This document shows, piece after piece, positions 8,794 through 17,010 of a DNA stretch of 32,000 nt. The notes under the pieces are model-generated. The model was not told the origin of the DNA. It ran no database searches and worked only from the letters and a program-made list of their open reading frames with translations. Made by a program: the position numbers and the translations under genes. Origin of the DNA: Marinobacter sp. HL-58 (GTDB lineage: Bacteria; Pseudomonadota; Gammaproteobacteria; Pseudomonadales; Oleiphilaceae); NCBI RefSeq assembly GCF_001314605.1, contig NZ_LIHP01000012.1:24080-56079 (forward strand), written 5' to 3'. The first letter of the stretch is position 1; each line of letters begins with the position of its first letter.

Positions 8794-11205
8794 TCATGAA
8801 GAATGACTGGGCAGACCTGTGTCAGGTCGTTCTTCCGCCTCTGCAACCTGCTGTTTCACTGCCAGGAAACTGTCGGGCGTCACCGAAATCGAGTTGATTC
8901 CTTGGCCCACCAGAAAACCGGCGAATGCCGGATGGTCGCTGGGGGCCTGACCACAGAATCCAACGGGCGTTCCTGACCGTTGCGCCTTTTCCAGAAGATC
9001 GGCGATTGCAATTTTCACCGCCTCGTCCTGTTCGTCGAACAGGGCCTTGAGCCGGTCGCTGTCGCGGTCAATGCCCAGTACCAGCTGGGTGAGGTCGTTG
9101 GAGCCGATGGAGAAACCATCGAAGCGTTCGGCAAATTCCCGGGCACGAAGGACATTGGCCGGGAGTTCAGCCATCACATAAATATCGAGGCCATACTGTC
9201 CCCTCACAAGACCTTCCTCGGCCAACACGGCGAGCACCTTGTCCGCTTCGGCGGGGGAGCGACAAAATGGAATCATGATGGCGATATTGTCCATCCCGAT
9301 CTGTTCACGGGCGCGCCGCACCGCACGGCACTCCAGGGCAAAACCCTCGCGGTAACCCTCATCGTAATAGCGTGAGGCGCCGCGCCAGCCGAGCATCGGG
9401 TTTTCCTCCTTCGGCTCGAATGCCGCACCGCCGATCAGCCGGGCGTATTCATTGGTTTTGAAATCGCTCATGCGCACGATAACCGGATGCGGGTGGTGCG
9501 CGGCTGCGATCCGGGCCATGCCCCGCGCCAGGGTGTCGACAAAATAGTCGGACTTGTCCTCATAACCCAGGGTCAATTCATCAATCCGGCGCCGGGCCTG
9601 CTTGTCTTCAAGCGTCTTATAATGCACCAGTGCCATCGGGTGAATCTTAATCATGTTGCCGATGATGAACTCCATCCGCGCCAGCCCCACACCATCCGTG
9701 GGCAAGCGCCACCAGCGGTAGGCAGAGGATGGATTCGCAAGGTTGACCATAACCCGGGTGCGGGTTTCAGGAATGTCGTCGAGATTGAGTTCGCGTTCCT
9801 CAAAGGCCAGTTTACCCTCGTAAACCACTCCCTCATCGCCCTCGGCACAGGAAACCGTGACAACCTGTCCGTCCTTGAGATTTGCCATGGCGTTGCCGGC
9901 GCCCACCAATGCGGTGAGGCCCAGTTCGCGGCTGACGATGGCTGCGTGGCTGGTACGACCACCGTGATCGGTAACGATAGCAGACGCCCGCTTCATGATG
10001 GGCACCCAGTCGGGATCGGTCATTCCGGTGACCAGCACCGCGCCTTCCTCGAAGCGGTCTATCTCCTCAGGGCTGTCGAGCTGTTGCACCTTGCCGGTCG
10101 CGATGGAGTCGCCAATGGCCAGGCCGGTCACCAGGCGTTTTCCTTCTTCCATCATCTGGTAGGACCTGAGGGTGGCGGCCTCTTTGCGGGATTGTATGGT
10201 TTCGGGCCGGGCCTGCACGATATACAGCTCGCCTGTTTCACCATCTTTCGCCCACTCCATATCCATGGGCTGCCCGTAGTGTTCCTCGATGGCCCTGGCC
10301 CAGCGCGCCAGCTGCAGGACTTCATCATCATCAAGGACAAAGCTGGCGCGCTCCTGTTTGCTGGTCGCCACCAGTTTTGTCGGGGACTTGCCTGTGCCAT
10401 AAATCATTTTCTGGCCTTTTCCCCCCAGCGTCTTTTCGACGATAGGGCGCACACCGGCCTGTTCCAGCAATGGCTTGAAGACATGGAACTCGTCCGGCTC
10501 AACCATCCCCTGCACCACGGTTTCACCCAGCCCCCAGGCGCCGGTGATCAGGATGATATCGGGGAATCCGGTTTCCGTGTCGATAGAGAACATGACTCCA
10601 GAAGCAGAGAGGTCTGACCGGACCATCTGCTGGACTCCCGCCGACAGGGCCACCTGCATGTGGTCGAAGCCGTTGTTTTCGCGATAGGCAATGGCGCGAT
10701 TGGTAAACAATGAGGCAAAGCAGCGTTTTACGGCGTCGAGCAGTGCTTCCTCACCGCGAATGTTAAGGAAGGTCTCCAGCTGTCCGGCAAAACTCGCTTC
10801 CGGCAAATCCTCGGCGGTTGCGGAACTGCGCACGGCTACGTCGGGTTCATCCCGCTCCAGGTGGGCGGAAAGGTCACGATAATGCTGACACAGGCTTTCG
10901 GCCAGCGGACCGGGGAATTTCCCCCTAAGAATCATTTTACGAACCGAATCACCCACCGCTTCAAGGTTGCTGTGGTCTTTCTTCAGGCCCGCCATTGCCT
11001 CTGTCAGCTTCTCACGGAGCTCATTGTGGTCAATAAACAGCCAGTAGGCAGCTGCTGAAGTGGCAAATCCCGAGGGCACTTTCACCCCCGAGGCCTGCAA
11101 CCGACTGACCATTTCTCCGAGTGAGGCATTCTTGCCACCCACTTTATCGCCATCGCTGCGCCCGAGGTCTGCGAACCATAAAGCGAGGGTCTGTTCATCT
11201 GACAT
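8794..11205 (-). CDS. ppsA: Phosphoenolpyruvate synthase
   Basis: 803 aa; N-terminal PEP/pyruvate-binding domain, TDHGGRTSHAAIVSRELG phosphohistidine site, C-terminal GFCGQAPSDHPAF. Confidence 0.95.
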   Translation of the reverse strand: MSDEQTLALWFADLGRSDGDKVGGKNASLGEMVSRLQASGVKVPSGFATSAAAYWLFIDHNELREKLTEAMAGLKKDHSNLEAVGDSVRKMILRGKFPGPLAESLCQHYRDLSAHLERDEPDVAVRSSATAEDLPEASFAGQLETFLNIRGEEALLDAVKRCFASLFTNRAIAYRENNGFDHMQVALSAGVQQMVRSDLSASGVMFSIDTETGFPDIILITGAWGLGETVVQGMVEPDEFHVFKPLLEQAGVRPIVEKTLGGKGQKMIYGTGKSPTKLVATSKQERASFVLDDDEVLQLARWARAIEEHYGQPMDMEWAKDGETGELYIVQARPETIQSRKEAATLRSYQMMEEGKRLVTGLAIGDSIATGKVQQLDSPEEIDRFEEGAVLVTGMTDPDWVPIMKRASAIVTDHGGRTSHAAIVSRELGLTALVGAGNAMANLKDGQVVTVSCAEGDEGVVYEGKLAFEERELNLDDIPETRTRVMVNLANPSSAYRWWRLPTDGVGLARMEFIIGNMIKIHPMALVHYKTLEDKQARRRIDELTLGYEDKSDYFVDTLARGMARIAAAHHPHPVIVRMSDFKTNEYARLIGGAAFEPKEENPMLGWRGASRYYDEGYREGFALECRAVRRAREQIGMDNIAIMIPFCRSPAEADKVLAVLAEEGLVRGQYGLDIYVMAELPANVLRAREFAERFDGFSIGSNDLTQLVLGIDRDSDRLKALFDEQDEAVKIAIADLLEKAQRSGTPVGFCGQAPSDHPAFAGFLVGQGINSISVTPDSFLAVKQQVAEAEERPDTGLPSHSS

Positions 11206-11229
11206 GGCGTTGACTCCTTCGTGGACTGT

Positions 11230-13650
11230 TCAGTGTTTGATCAGCCGGAACTGGTAATGTGAGCCGGGGCTGACCGCATGAAACAGGCCCCGGTATGCAA
11301 TGGTGACAGGATCTGCTGTCAACTGGCGGCTGCTGACCCGAAGTCGGTCTTTGGTTACCTCGAGGTCCAGCTTCTGTCTTCTGTACCACAGGCATGTTTT
11401 CAACCGGTGGATCTCGTCCGGCAAGGTGGGATTCAGAAACAGCACATCCCCCTGGACTTCAAGGCCCAGATAGCAGCGCTGAATCAGATCAACGGTACCG
11501 GCCATCGCCCCCAGATGGATGCCTTCCGGTGTCGTGCCCCCCTGGATATCGCTGATGTCGCTGTCCAGTGCGTTCTGAAACAGTTGCCATGAATGCTGTC
11601 GGTCGCTTCGCGCCAGCACCCACGAGTGCAGGACCCAGCTCAGGGTCGAGCCATGGGAGGTTCTGTGGAGATAATAATCCACGTTTCTCGGAATGGTATG
11701 GGGGTCAAACGGATAGCCAAGCTGTTCGAAAATTTGCTTCAGCTCTTCCGCTGTGAACAGATAGAACAGCATCAGGACATCGGCCTGTTTCGAGGCCTTG
11801 TAGCGATTGGTGTCATCACCTTCCGCCTCAAGAATGCGGTCAAGCCGGTGGATATCGCCGTATTTTTTCCGGGCGCCATTCCAGTCGAACTCTTCCAGGT
11901 CTTCATAGCCTTCAAACTGACTGATAATCCCCTCTTCGTTGAGAGGAACAAACAGTTTGCGGCTGACGTCATGCCAGCGTTCAACTTCCTCGCCGGTGAT
12001 ACCCAGTTCTTCACAAAGCTGACGCGCACGGTCCGGTGGCAGAATTTCCAGTACCTGACAGGCGCGAGTGAGCACCCAGGCCGCCATCACATTGGTGTAG
12101 GCATTATTATCCAGGCCACCCTCTGTGGAAGGGTCTGCGCCAGGATAGGCGGTGTGGTACTCATCCGGGCCCATGACCCGGCAAATGTCGTAGCGACCCC
12201 GCTGTGCATTCCAGGAGACGATGCCGGCCCAGAAACGGGCGATCTCCAGCAGCATTTCGGCGCCGTATTCCTCCATGAATTCACAATCGCCACTCACTTC
12301 ATAGTAGTGCCAGAGATTGTAAACAATGGCGGAATTGACATGCCGCTGGCGGTTGCTGTTATCCGGAATCCATCGCCCCGATTCCGGATTCAGGTGCAGA
12401 ACCTGGCTTTCTTCCCGTCCGCTGCTCCCGCTCTGCCACGGGAACATCGCACCACTGAACCCGGCTTCCCGGGCCAGGCTTCTCGCAGCAGGTAATCGGC
12501 GATAGCGATATTGCAAAAGCGCGCGGCAACGGGCGGGGGCATGGGCGACAATAAGAGGAAATATGAACAGTTCATCCCACATGATGTGAGCACGGTAGGC
12601 CTCACCGTTCCAGCCCCGGGGGGGCACACCGACATCCAGATCATTGGTGTGGCGCGTTACGGTCTGCAACAGGTGAAAAACATGGAGGCGCAGTTTCATC
12701 GAGAGGTCGACGCCACCGTCGCTATCGATCTCCAGCTCAAACAATTCCCACAGGTGCTGCCAGGCATTCTCATGACTGGCAAGGAGTGCATCGAAATCAC
12801 CGGCCGGAGGAAGCTTTTCCTTTGCCGCAAGCAGTGGCTCGGAGATGCCCCGATCCCGGGAGGTAAACAGGGAGGCAATCTTCTCCACCCTGGTGGTATC
12901 TCCCGGCGCGACATCCACCGAGACCTCCTGTGCAACCAGGCCCTTGCAAACGTCCGCAGCATGATCCGGGTGAATGACTCTGCCGTTATGATAAAGGCGG
13001 GTTCGCGCGGCCTGCGCTATCTCGATCCGGGATTGCACGGTCCGGCTTCTCAGCCAGATGATCTCATTCCCCATCGCCCCCGCATCCAGAGGCTCGAGAT
13101 GACGTCCTCTCAGACTTTGATAGCGTGCCACGCCCATATTGGTGACCGTTCCGTCCAGGCCGGAACGCACGGTCAGGCAGCCTGACCAGTTTTCCGCAGT
13201 AATGGTTACCTCCAGGCCAGCAAGGTGTGCGTCCACCATGCTGACAAAACGCCGCTCCTCGACTCTTGTGATACGGTCCTGGTCATCGCAAAATCGCAAT
13301 GTGCGGCTCAGCACTCCCCGACGAAGATCGAGCACTTGCCGATAATCCATGAAGGTCAACTGGTCCGGGTTCAGCCAGGGCCCGTCGTCCACGCGAATCA
13401 TCAGCACAAGCCAGTTGGGAATGTTGACCAGATCCTCATTCTCGATCTCACGGCCTTCAATTTCGGTGGTAAGCCGGTTGTAGCCTCCGGCGAGATAGGA
13501 CCCCGGATAATGGAACTTGCCGGCGGTGACATCCGGGGCCGCGCCGCGGGTGCAAAAGTAACCATTGCCAAGCGCGCATAATGTCTCGCGCAGCCCCTCA
13601 TGCTGCGGCTCATAGCCCTCGTACTCAAGCAGCCAGCCCTTGTCGCTCAT
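11230..13650 (-). CDS. Glycoside hydrolase family 65 protein (trehalose/maltose/kojibiose phosphorylase-like; substrate not assignable)
   Basis: 806 aa; ALGNGYFCTRG N-terminal motif, MWDELFIFP, and MGPDEYH carrying the expected catalytic Glu. Confidence 0.9.
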   Translation of the reverse strand: MSDKGWLLEYEGYEPQHEGLRETLCALGNGYFCTRGAAPDVTAGKFHYPGSYLAGGYNRLTTEIEGREIENEDLVNIPNWLVLMIRVDDGPWLNPDQLTFMDYRQVLDLRRGVLSRTLRFCDDQDRITRVEERRFVSMVDAHLAGLEVTITAENWSGCLTVRSGLDGTVTNMGVARYQSLRGRHLEPLDAGAMGNEIIWLRSRTVQSRIEIAQAARTRLYHNGRVIHPDHAADVCKGLVAQEVSVDVAPGDTTRVEKIASLFTSRDRGISEPLLAAKEKLPPAGDFDALLASHENAWQHLWELFELEIDSDGGVDLSMKLRLHVFHLLQTVTRHTNDLDVGVPPRGWNGEAYRAHIMWDELFIFPLIVAHAPARCRALLQYRYRRLPAARSLAREAGFSGAMFPWQSGSSGREESQVLHLNPESGRWIPDNSNRQRHVNSAIVYNLWHYYEVSGDCEFMEEYGAEMLLEIARFWAGIVSWNAQRGRYDICRVMGPDEYHTAYPGADPSTEGGLDNNAYTNVMAAWVLTRACQVLEILPPDRARQLCEELGITGEEVERWHDVSRKLFVPLNEEGIISQFEGYEDLEEFDWNGARKKYGDIHRLDRILEAEGDDTNRYKASKQADVLMLFYLFTAEELKQIFEQLGYPFDPHTIPRNVDYYLHRTSHGSTLSWVLHSWVLARSDRQHSWQLFQNALDSDISDIQGGTTPEGIHLGAMAGTVDLIQRCYLGLEVQGDVLFLNPTLPDEIHRLKTCLWYRRQKLDLEVTKDRLRVSSRQLTADPVTIAYRGLFHAVSPGSHYQFRLIKH

Positions 13651-15281
13651 GCGTTACCTCCGGTTGCAGTGATCATGGACAGCCACTTCAGGAAATCCGC
13701 CACCTCATCGGTGTCCTCCAGCGCGTAATGGGCAATGGTTTGCCGTTCGCTGTCGTCGCGCACCACTATTCCGATGCCCCCACAGCCCCCTTCTTCCTGC
13801 CTGAGGACACGGAACGCGTCTTCATCCGTAGTATCGTCACCAATATAGATCGGCACCACATCGGGACCTTTCTCATGGCCGAATCGTTCCAGTAGCCACA
13901 ACAGGGCCTGTCCTTTGTTCCAGTCGGTACGGGGCTTCACATCAAACACTTTCTTGCCGGAGGATTTGCGCAGGCGGGGGTGATCGGAAAGTACCCGGTC
14001 CACGACTTTCTCCACTGCAGGCACACGATTGTCTGCTACCTGTCGGTAATGAACAGCGATGGAGAATTTTTTGCGCTCCACAGAGGCGCCGTCGATATCA
14101 GCGAGTTCTTTCATCAAGCTGGCTTCGGCGGAATCCAGATCAGGGAGGAATGCCTTTCCCTGCTGAAGCTCTTCATGCCAGCCCTCGGGCCCGGCGATAT
14201 CGAATCCGTGACTACCCGCATAAAAGATCTGATCCAGGCCTACAAGCCCGCGAACATTTTCCAGGTCGCGTCCGCTGATAACAGCCACTGTGCACGTCTG
14301 AGCGAGTTGGTCGATAACAGTCCGCATTTCCCCGCTCAGTTCGGCCTTGCGATAGTCTTCGACGATCGGGGTCAGGGTGCCGTCATAATCCAGGAACAGG
14401 GCGACATGCTTGCCCTGCAAGCGTTCTTTCACGTCCTTGCGGGCTTTCCACAATGAGGGAATGTCGTGCAGGGGCGCAGCATATACACTGCGTCTCTGGT
14501 GTTCCAGAAGTTCACCCAGTGTGTCGGTTACGACATGCGCTCCACTGGTTTGTAACGCCTGACTGTGGCTCGACTCTCCACGGCTGACCCCCACAACCAG
14601 TGCAAAACCGCCACCGGCGGCGGCTTCCACGCCCGCCACTGCGTCCTCAATAACAACCGCCCGTTCAGGTCGAACCCCAAGGCGGGACGCAGCTTGCAGA
14701 AAGATGGCGGGATCAGGCTTGCCCGGCAGGTTTTGCTCGGCCATGTCGATGCCATCCACCTTGACCGCAAACAAATCCGAGATTCCCGCATTGGCAAGCA
14801 CGGCTTCGCAGTTTCTGCTGGCGGAAATAACCGCAGCGCTGATACCGGCCTCGTTCAGGCTTTGCAGCATCTCCAGGGCATCGGGAAAGATATCCACCCT
14901 ATGGCTTTCAAGCCATTCGCGGAAATACCGGTTCTTGCGATTGCCAAGACCGCAGACTGTTTCCCGGTCAGGGGCGTCGTAAGGATCGCCCCACGGCAAT
15001 CGGATATGCCTGGATTCCAGGAAATCCCGCACGCCGTCATACCGGGGCTTGCCGTCCAGGTATTCACTGTAATCCTCGTGACTGAATGGTGCCAGACCGG
15101 ACTGTCGTGCCGCCCCATACTCTTTCAGGTAGTCATCGAACAGTTGCTTCCACGCGGCTTCATGAGCACGACGGGTGTCCGTAATGACCCCATCGAGATC
15201 GAATATCACCGCATCAATCTTCGCCGGATCCAGCGGAACCAGAGAGGGTCTTGCAGAACAGGTACCTGCGTGTCCATTCAT
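13647..15281 (-). CDS. Fusion of beta-phosphoglucomutase-like HAD hydrolase (N-term) and trehalose-6-phosphate phosphatase (C-term)
   Basis: 544 aa; FDLDGVITDTRRAHEAAWKQ + VIEDAVAGVEAA, then LFLDYDGTLTPIVEDY + YIGDDTTDEDAF. ATGA overlap with the GH65 gene. Confidence 0.92.
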   Translation of the reverse strand: MNGHAGTCSARPSLVPLDPAKIDAVIFDLDGVITDTRRAHEAAWKQLFDDYLKEYGAARQSGLAPFSHEDYSEYLDGKPRYDGVRDFLESRHIRLPWGDPYDAPDRETVCGLGNRKNRYFREWLESHRVDIFPDALEMLQSLNEAGISAAVISASRNCEAVLANAGISDLFAVKVDGIDMAEQNLPGKPDPAIFLQAASRLGVRPERAVVIEDAVAGVEAAAGGGFALVVGVSRGESSHSQALQTSGAHVVTDTLGELLEHQRRSVYAAPLHDIPSLWKARKDVKERLQGKHVALFLDYDGTLTPIVEDYRKAELSGEMRTVIDQLAQTCTVAVISGRDLENVRGLVGLDQIFYAGSHGFDIAGPEGWHEELQQGKAFLPDLDSAEASLMKELADIDGASVERKKFSIAVHYRQVADNRVPAVEKVVDRVLSDHPRLRKSSGKKVFDVKPRTDWNKGQALLWLLERFGHEKGPDVVPIYIGDDTTDEDAFRVLRQEEGGCGGIGIVVRDDSERQTIAHYALEDTDEVADFLKWLSMITATGGNA

Positions 15282-15325
15282 TTTATAACCTTATTACTCA
15301 GACCTTTCTCAGCATTGCTGTCACC

Positions 15326-16240
15326 TCACATCGTATCGGCACAAGCAATTCGGCGTTCTGCGCGATCAAGACCCTGTGCGTATCGGGCAAGATCTGCCCA
15401 GGGATCATCCGTCTGCCCCAGGCGCCTCAATATATTGCCCATGTGGTATTTACGGGGCGTCAGATTCCCGCAACCCACCTCATCCCATTTCAGCGGTGTC
15501 GCAATCGGAGCACCCTGGAGTGCGCGAACGGCATAGGGTGCAACCGCGGTCTGGCCATAACCGTTGCGCAAATCATCGAGAAAAACCCGTGTACCACGCA
15601 TGTTCCTGCGCTGTTCAATAGTCATTAAATCGGCATGCTGTTCTGCAAGTTTGCGGCAAACGCGATGACTGAAGGCGCGTACCTGCTGGAAATCGGCTTT
15701 TCGGTCCAATGGAACCAGAACGTGAAGGCCACGGGAACCGGTGGTCTGCACGAATGAAACCAGGCCCAGACGGTCCAGCAGCGTCTTGAGGTGAGTGGCA
15801 GTGGTGCGGACCTTGCCAAAGTCATCGTCAGAAGGGTCAAGGTCAAAAATCATCCGGTCGGGGTGGTTGTGTCGGTCCGTCCGGGAAAGGGCAAGGTGGG
15901 GAGTGATGCAGGCCTGATCGGCCAGATAGACGAGAGTGGCGGTATTGTTGGCCACCACGGAGGTCACCTCACCGCCCTCTTTGGGCAGAGTGGCGCGATC
16001 GATCCAATCGGGAAAGTAGTCAGCAATATGCTTCTGGAAAAAGCCACGCTCGCCGATGCCATCGGGATAGCGGTGCATGGTCAAAGCGCGCTTGCGGTAA
16101 TGGGGAAGTGCCACGTCCGCGATCTTCAGGTAGTACTTCGCCAGTTCGAGCTTGCTGATGTTCGGAGACTTGAACATCAGCTTTTCAGGATTGCCGATCG
16201 CAATATCAAGTCCACCCGCTTTCAATACAGCATCCGTCAT
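15326..16240 (-). CDS. Stand-alone LigD-type polymerase/primase domain protein
   Basis: Starts MTDAVLKAGGLDIAIGNPEKLMFK; HPDRMIFDLDPSDDDF catalytic motif; TTGSRGLHVLVPL; about 300 aa with no ligase domain. Confidence 0.9.
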   Translation of the reverse strand: MTDAVLKAGGLDIAIGNPEKLMFKSPNISKLELAKYYLKIADVALPHYRKRALTMHRYPDGIGERGFFQKHIADYFPDWIDRATLPKEGGEVTSVVANNTATLVYLADQACITPHLALSRTDRHNHPDRMIFDLDPSDDDFGKVRTTATHLKTLLDRLGLVSFVQTTGSRGLHVLVPLDRKADFQQVRAFSHRVCRKLAEQHADLMTIEQRRNMRGTRVFLDDLRNGYGQTAVAPYAVRALQGAPIATPLKWDEVGCGNLTPRKYHMGNILRRLGQTDDPWADLARYAQGLDRAERRIACADTM

Positions 16241-16271
16241 TTTCAAGCCTCCCGGCAACTCGCGCCTCACG

Positions 16272-16871
16272 CTATGAGGCGGCGTCCTCATCTGCATTCG
16301 TCGCGATCTGCCTGATCGTGCGCCCGGTGAGCACCGACTTCGGCTCGGTGGAAACCGGGTTGCGACGAGCATCGGCGTATTGGTCATCCATCTTGACCAA
16401 CAGCCAGCGTGCATCAGCGCCGGAACCGGTGCGTTGCAATGCGTAGCCGCCCTTTAGTTTTTTCCCGAACAGTTGGATCAAGACATGACCCGCCGCTAAT
16501 GCCTCGTCGATTGGCTGTATCTCGCCGTCCTTTTCGGTGATGTTGCGGTAACAACCGCAGTCCCAGACGAGAACAGTCCCTGCACCGTATTTACCTTCGG
16601 GAATCACGCCTTCGAAATCAGCGTATTCCAGCGCATGGTCCTCGGTAGGAATCATGAGGCGCTTTTTACCAGGATCAGTGGAGGGGCCTTTGGGAACAGC
16701 CCAACTCTTGAGCACGTTGCCCACCTCAATGCGAAAATCGTAATGCACAGTGGAAGCATCGTGCTTTTGAACCACGAACCGTGGGCGCTTTGCCGGACCG
16801 CTGCTACGCGACCTGCGGAGCTCGCCGGAGTGGTCGAACGTGTTTTTTGCGGTCGGTACTTTCATTGACAT
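16272..16871 (-). CDS. Stand-alone LigD-type 3'-phosphoesterase domain protein
   Basis: FVVQKHDASTVHYDFRIEVGNVLKSWAVPKGPSTDPGKKRL...HALEYADFEGVIPEGKYGAGTV is characteristic of the PE domain. Confidence 0.92.
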   Translation of the reverse strand: MSMKVPTAKNTFDHSGELRRSRSSGPAKRPRFVVQKHDASTVHYDFRIEVGNVLKSWAVPKGPSTDPGKKRLMIPTEDHALEYADFEGVIPEGKYGAGTVLVWDCGCYRNITEKDGEIQPIDEALAAGHVLIQLFGKKLKGGYALQRTGSGADARWLLVKMDDQYADARRNPVSTEPKSVLTGRTIRQIATNADEDAAS

Positions 16872-16911
16872 AAATCCCAACAACTCACGCTTTTGGCCAG
16901 ATTATGTCAAT
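16864..16911. repeat. 10-bp perfect inverted repeat ATTGACATAA / TTATGTCAAT (28-nt spacing) overlapping the PE gene start
   Basis: Arms at 16864-16873 and 16902-16911; the PE start codon (complement of 16869-16871) is inside one arm. Confidence 0.8.
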
Positions 16912-16939
16912 ACACTACTCTCGGCGAATCCGCCTTCAG

Positions 16940-16953
16940 TTGATCCCGGTCAA
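16940..16953. promoter_or_regulatory. FNR/ANR-type box TTGATCCCGGTCAA between divergent ligD-PE and NAD+-ligase genes
   Basis: TTGAT-N4-GTCAA, centre 64.5 nt upstream of ligase ATG 17011 and 75.5 nt from the PE start 16871. Confidence 0.65.
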
Positions 16954-17010
16954 GTCCGTCCCCGGGCATTTATTCGATAAACAAGGTCCATGGTGGGGAG
17001 ATTGAGCAGG

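Noticed and set aside
9487-10617. 376-aa plus-strand ORF
   Set aside because: Antisense shadow of ppsA; no family resemblance.
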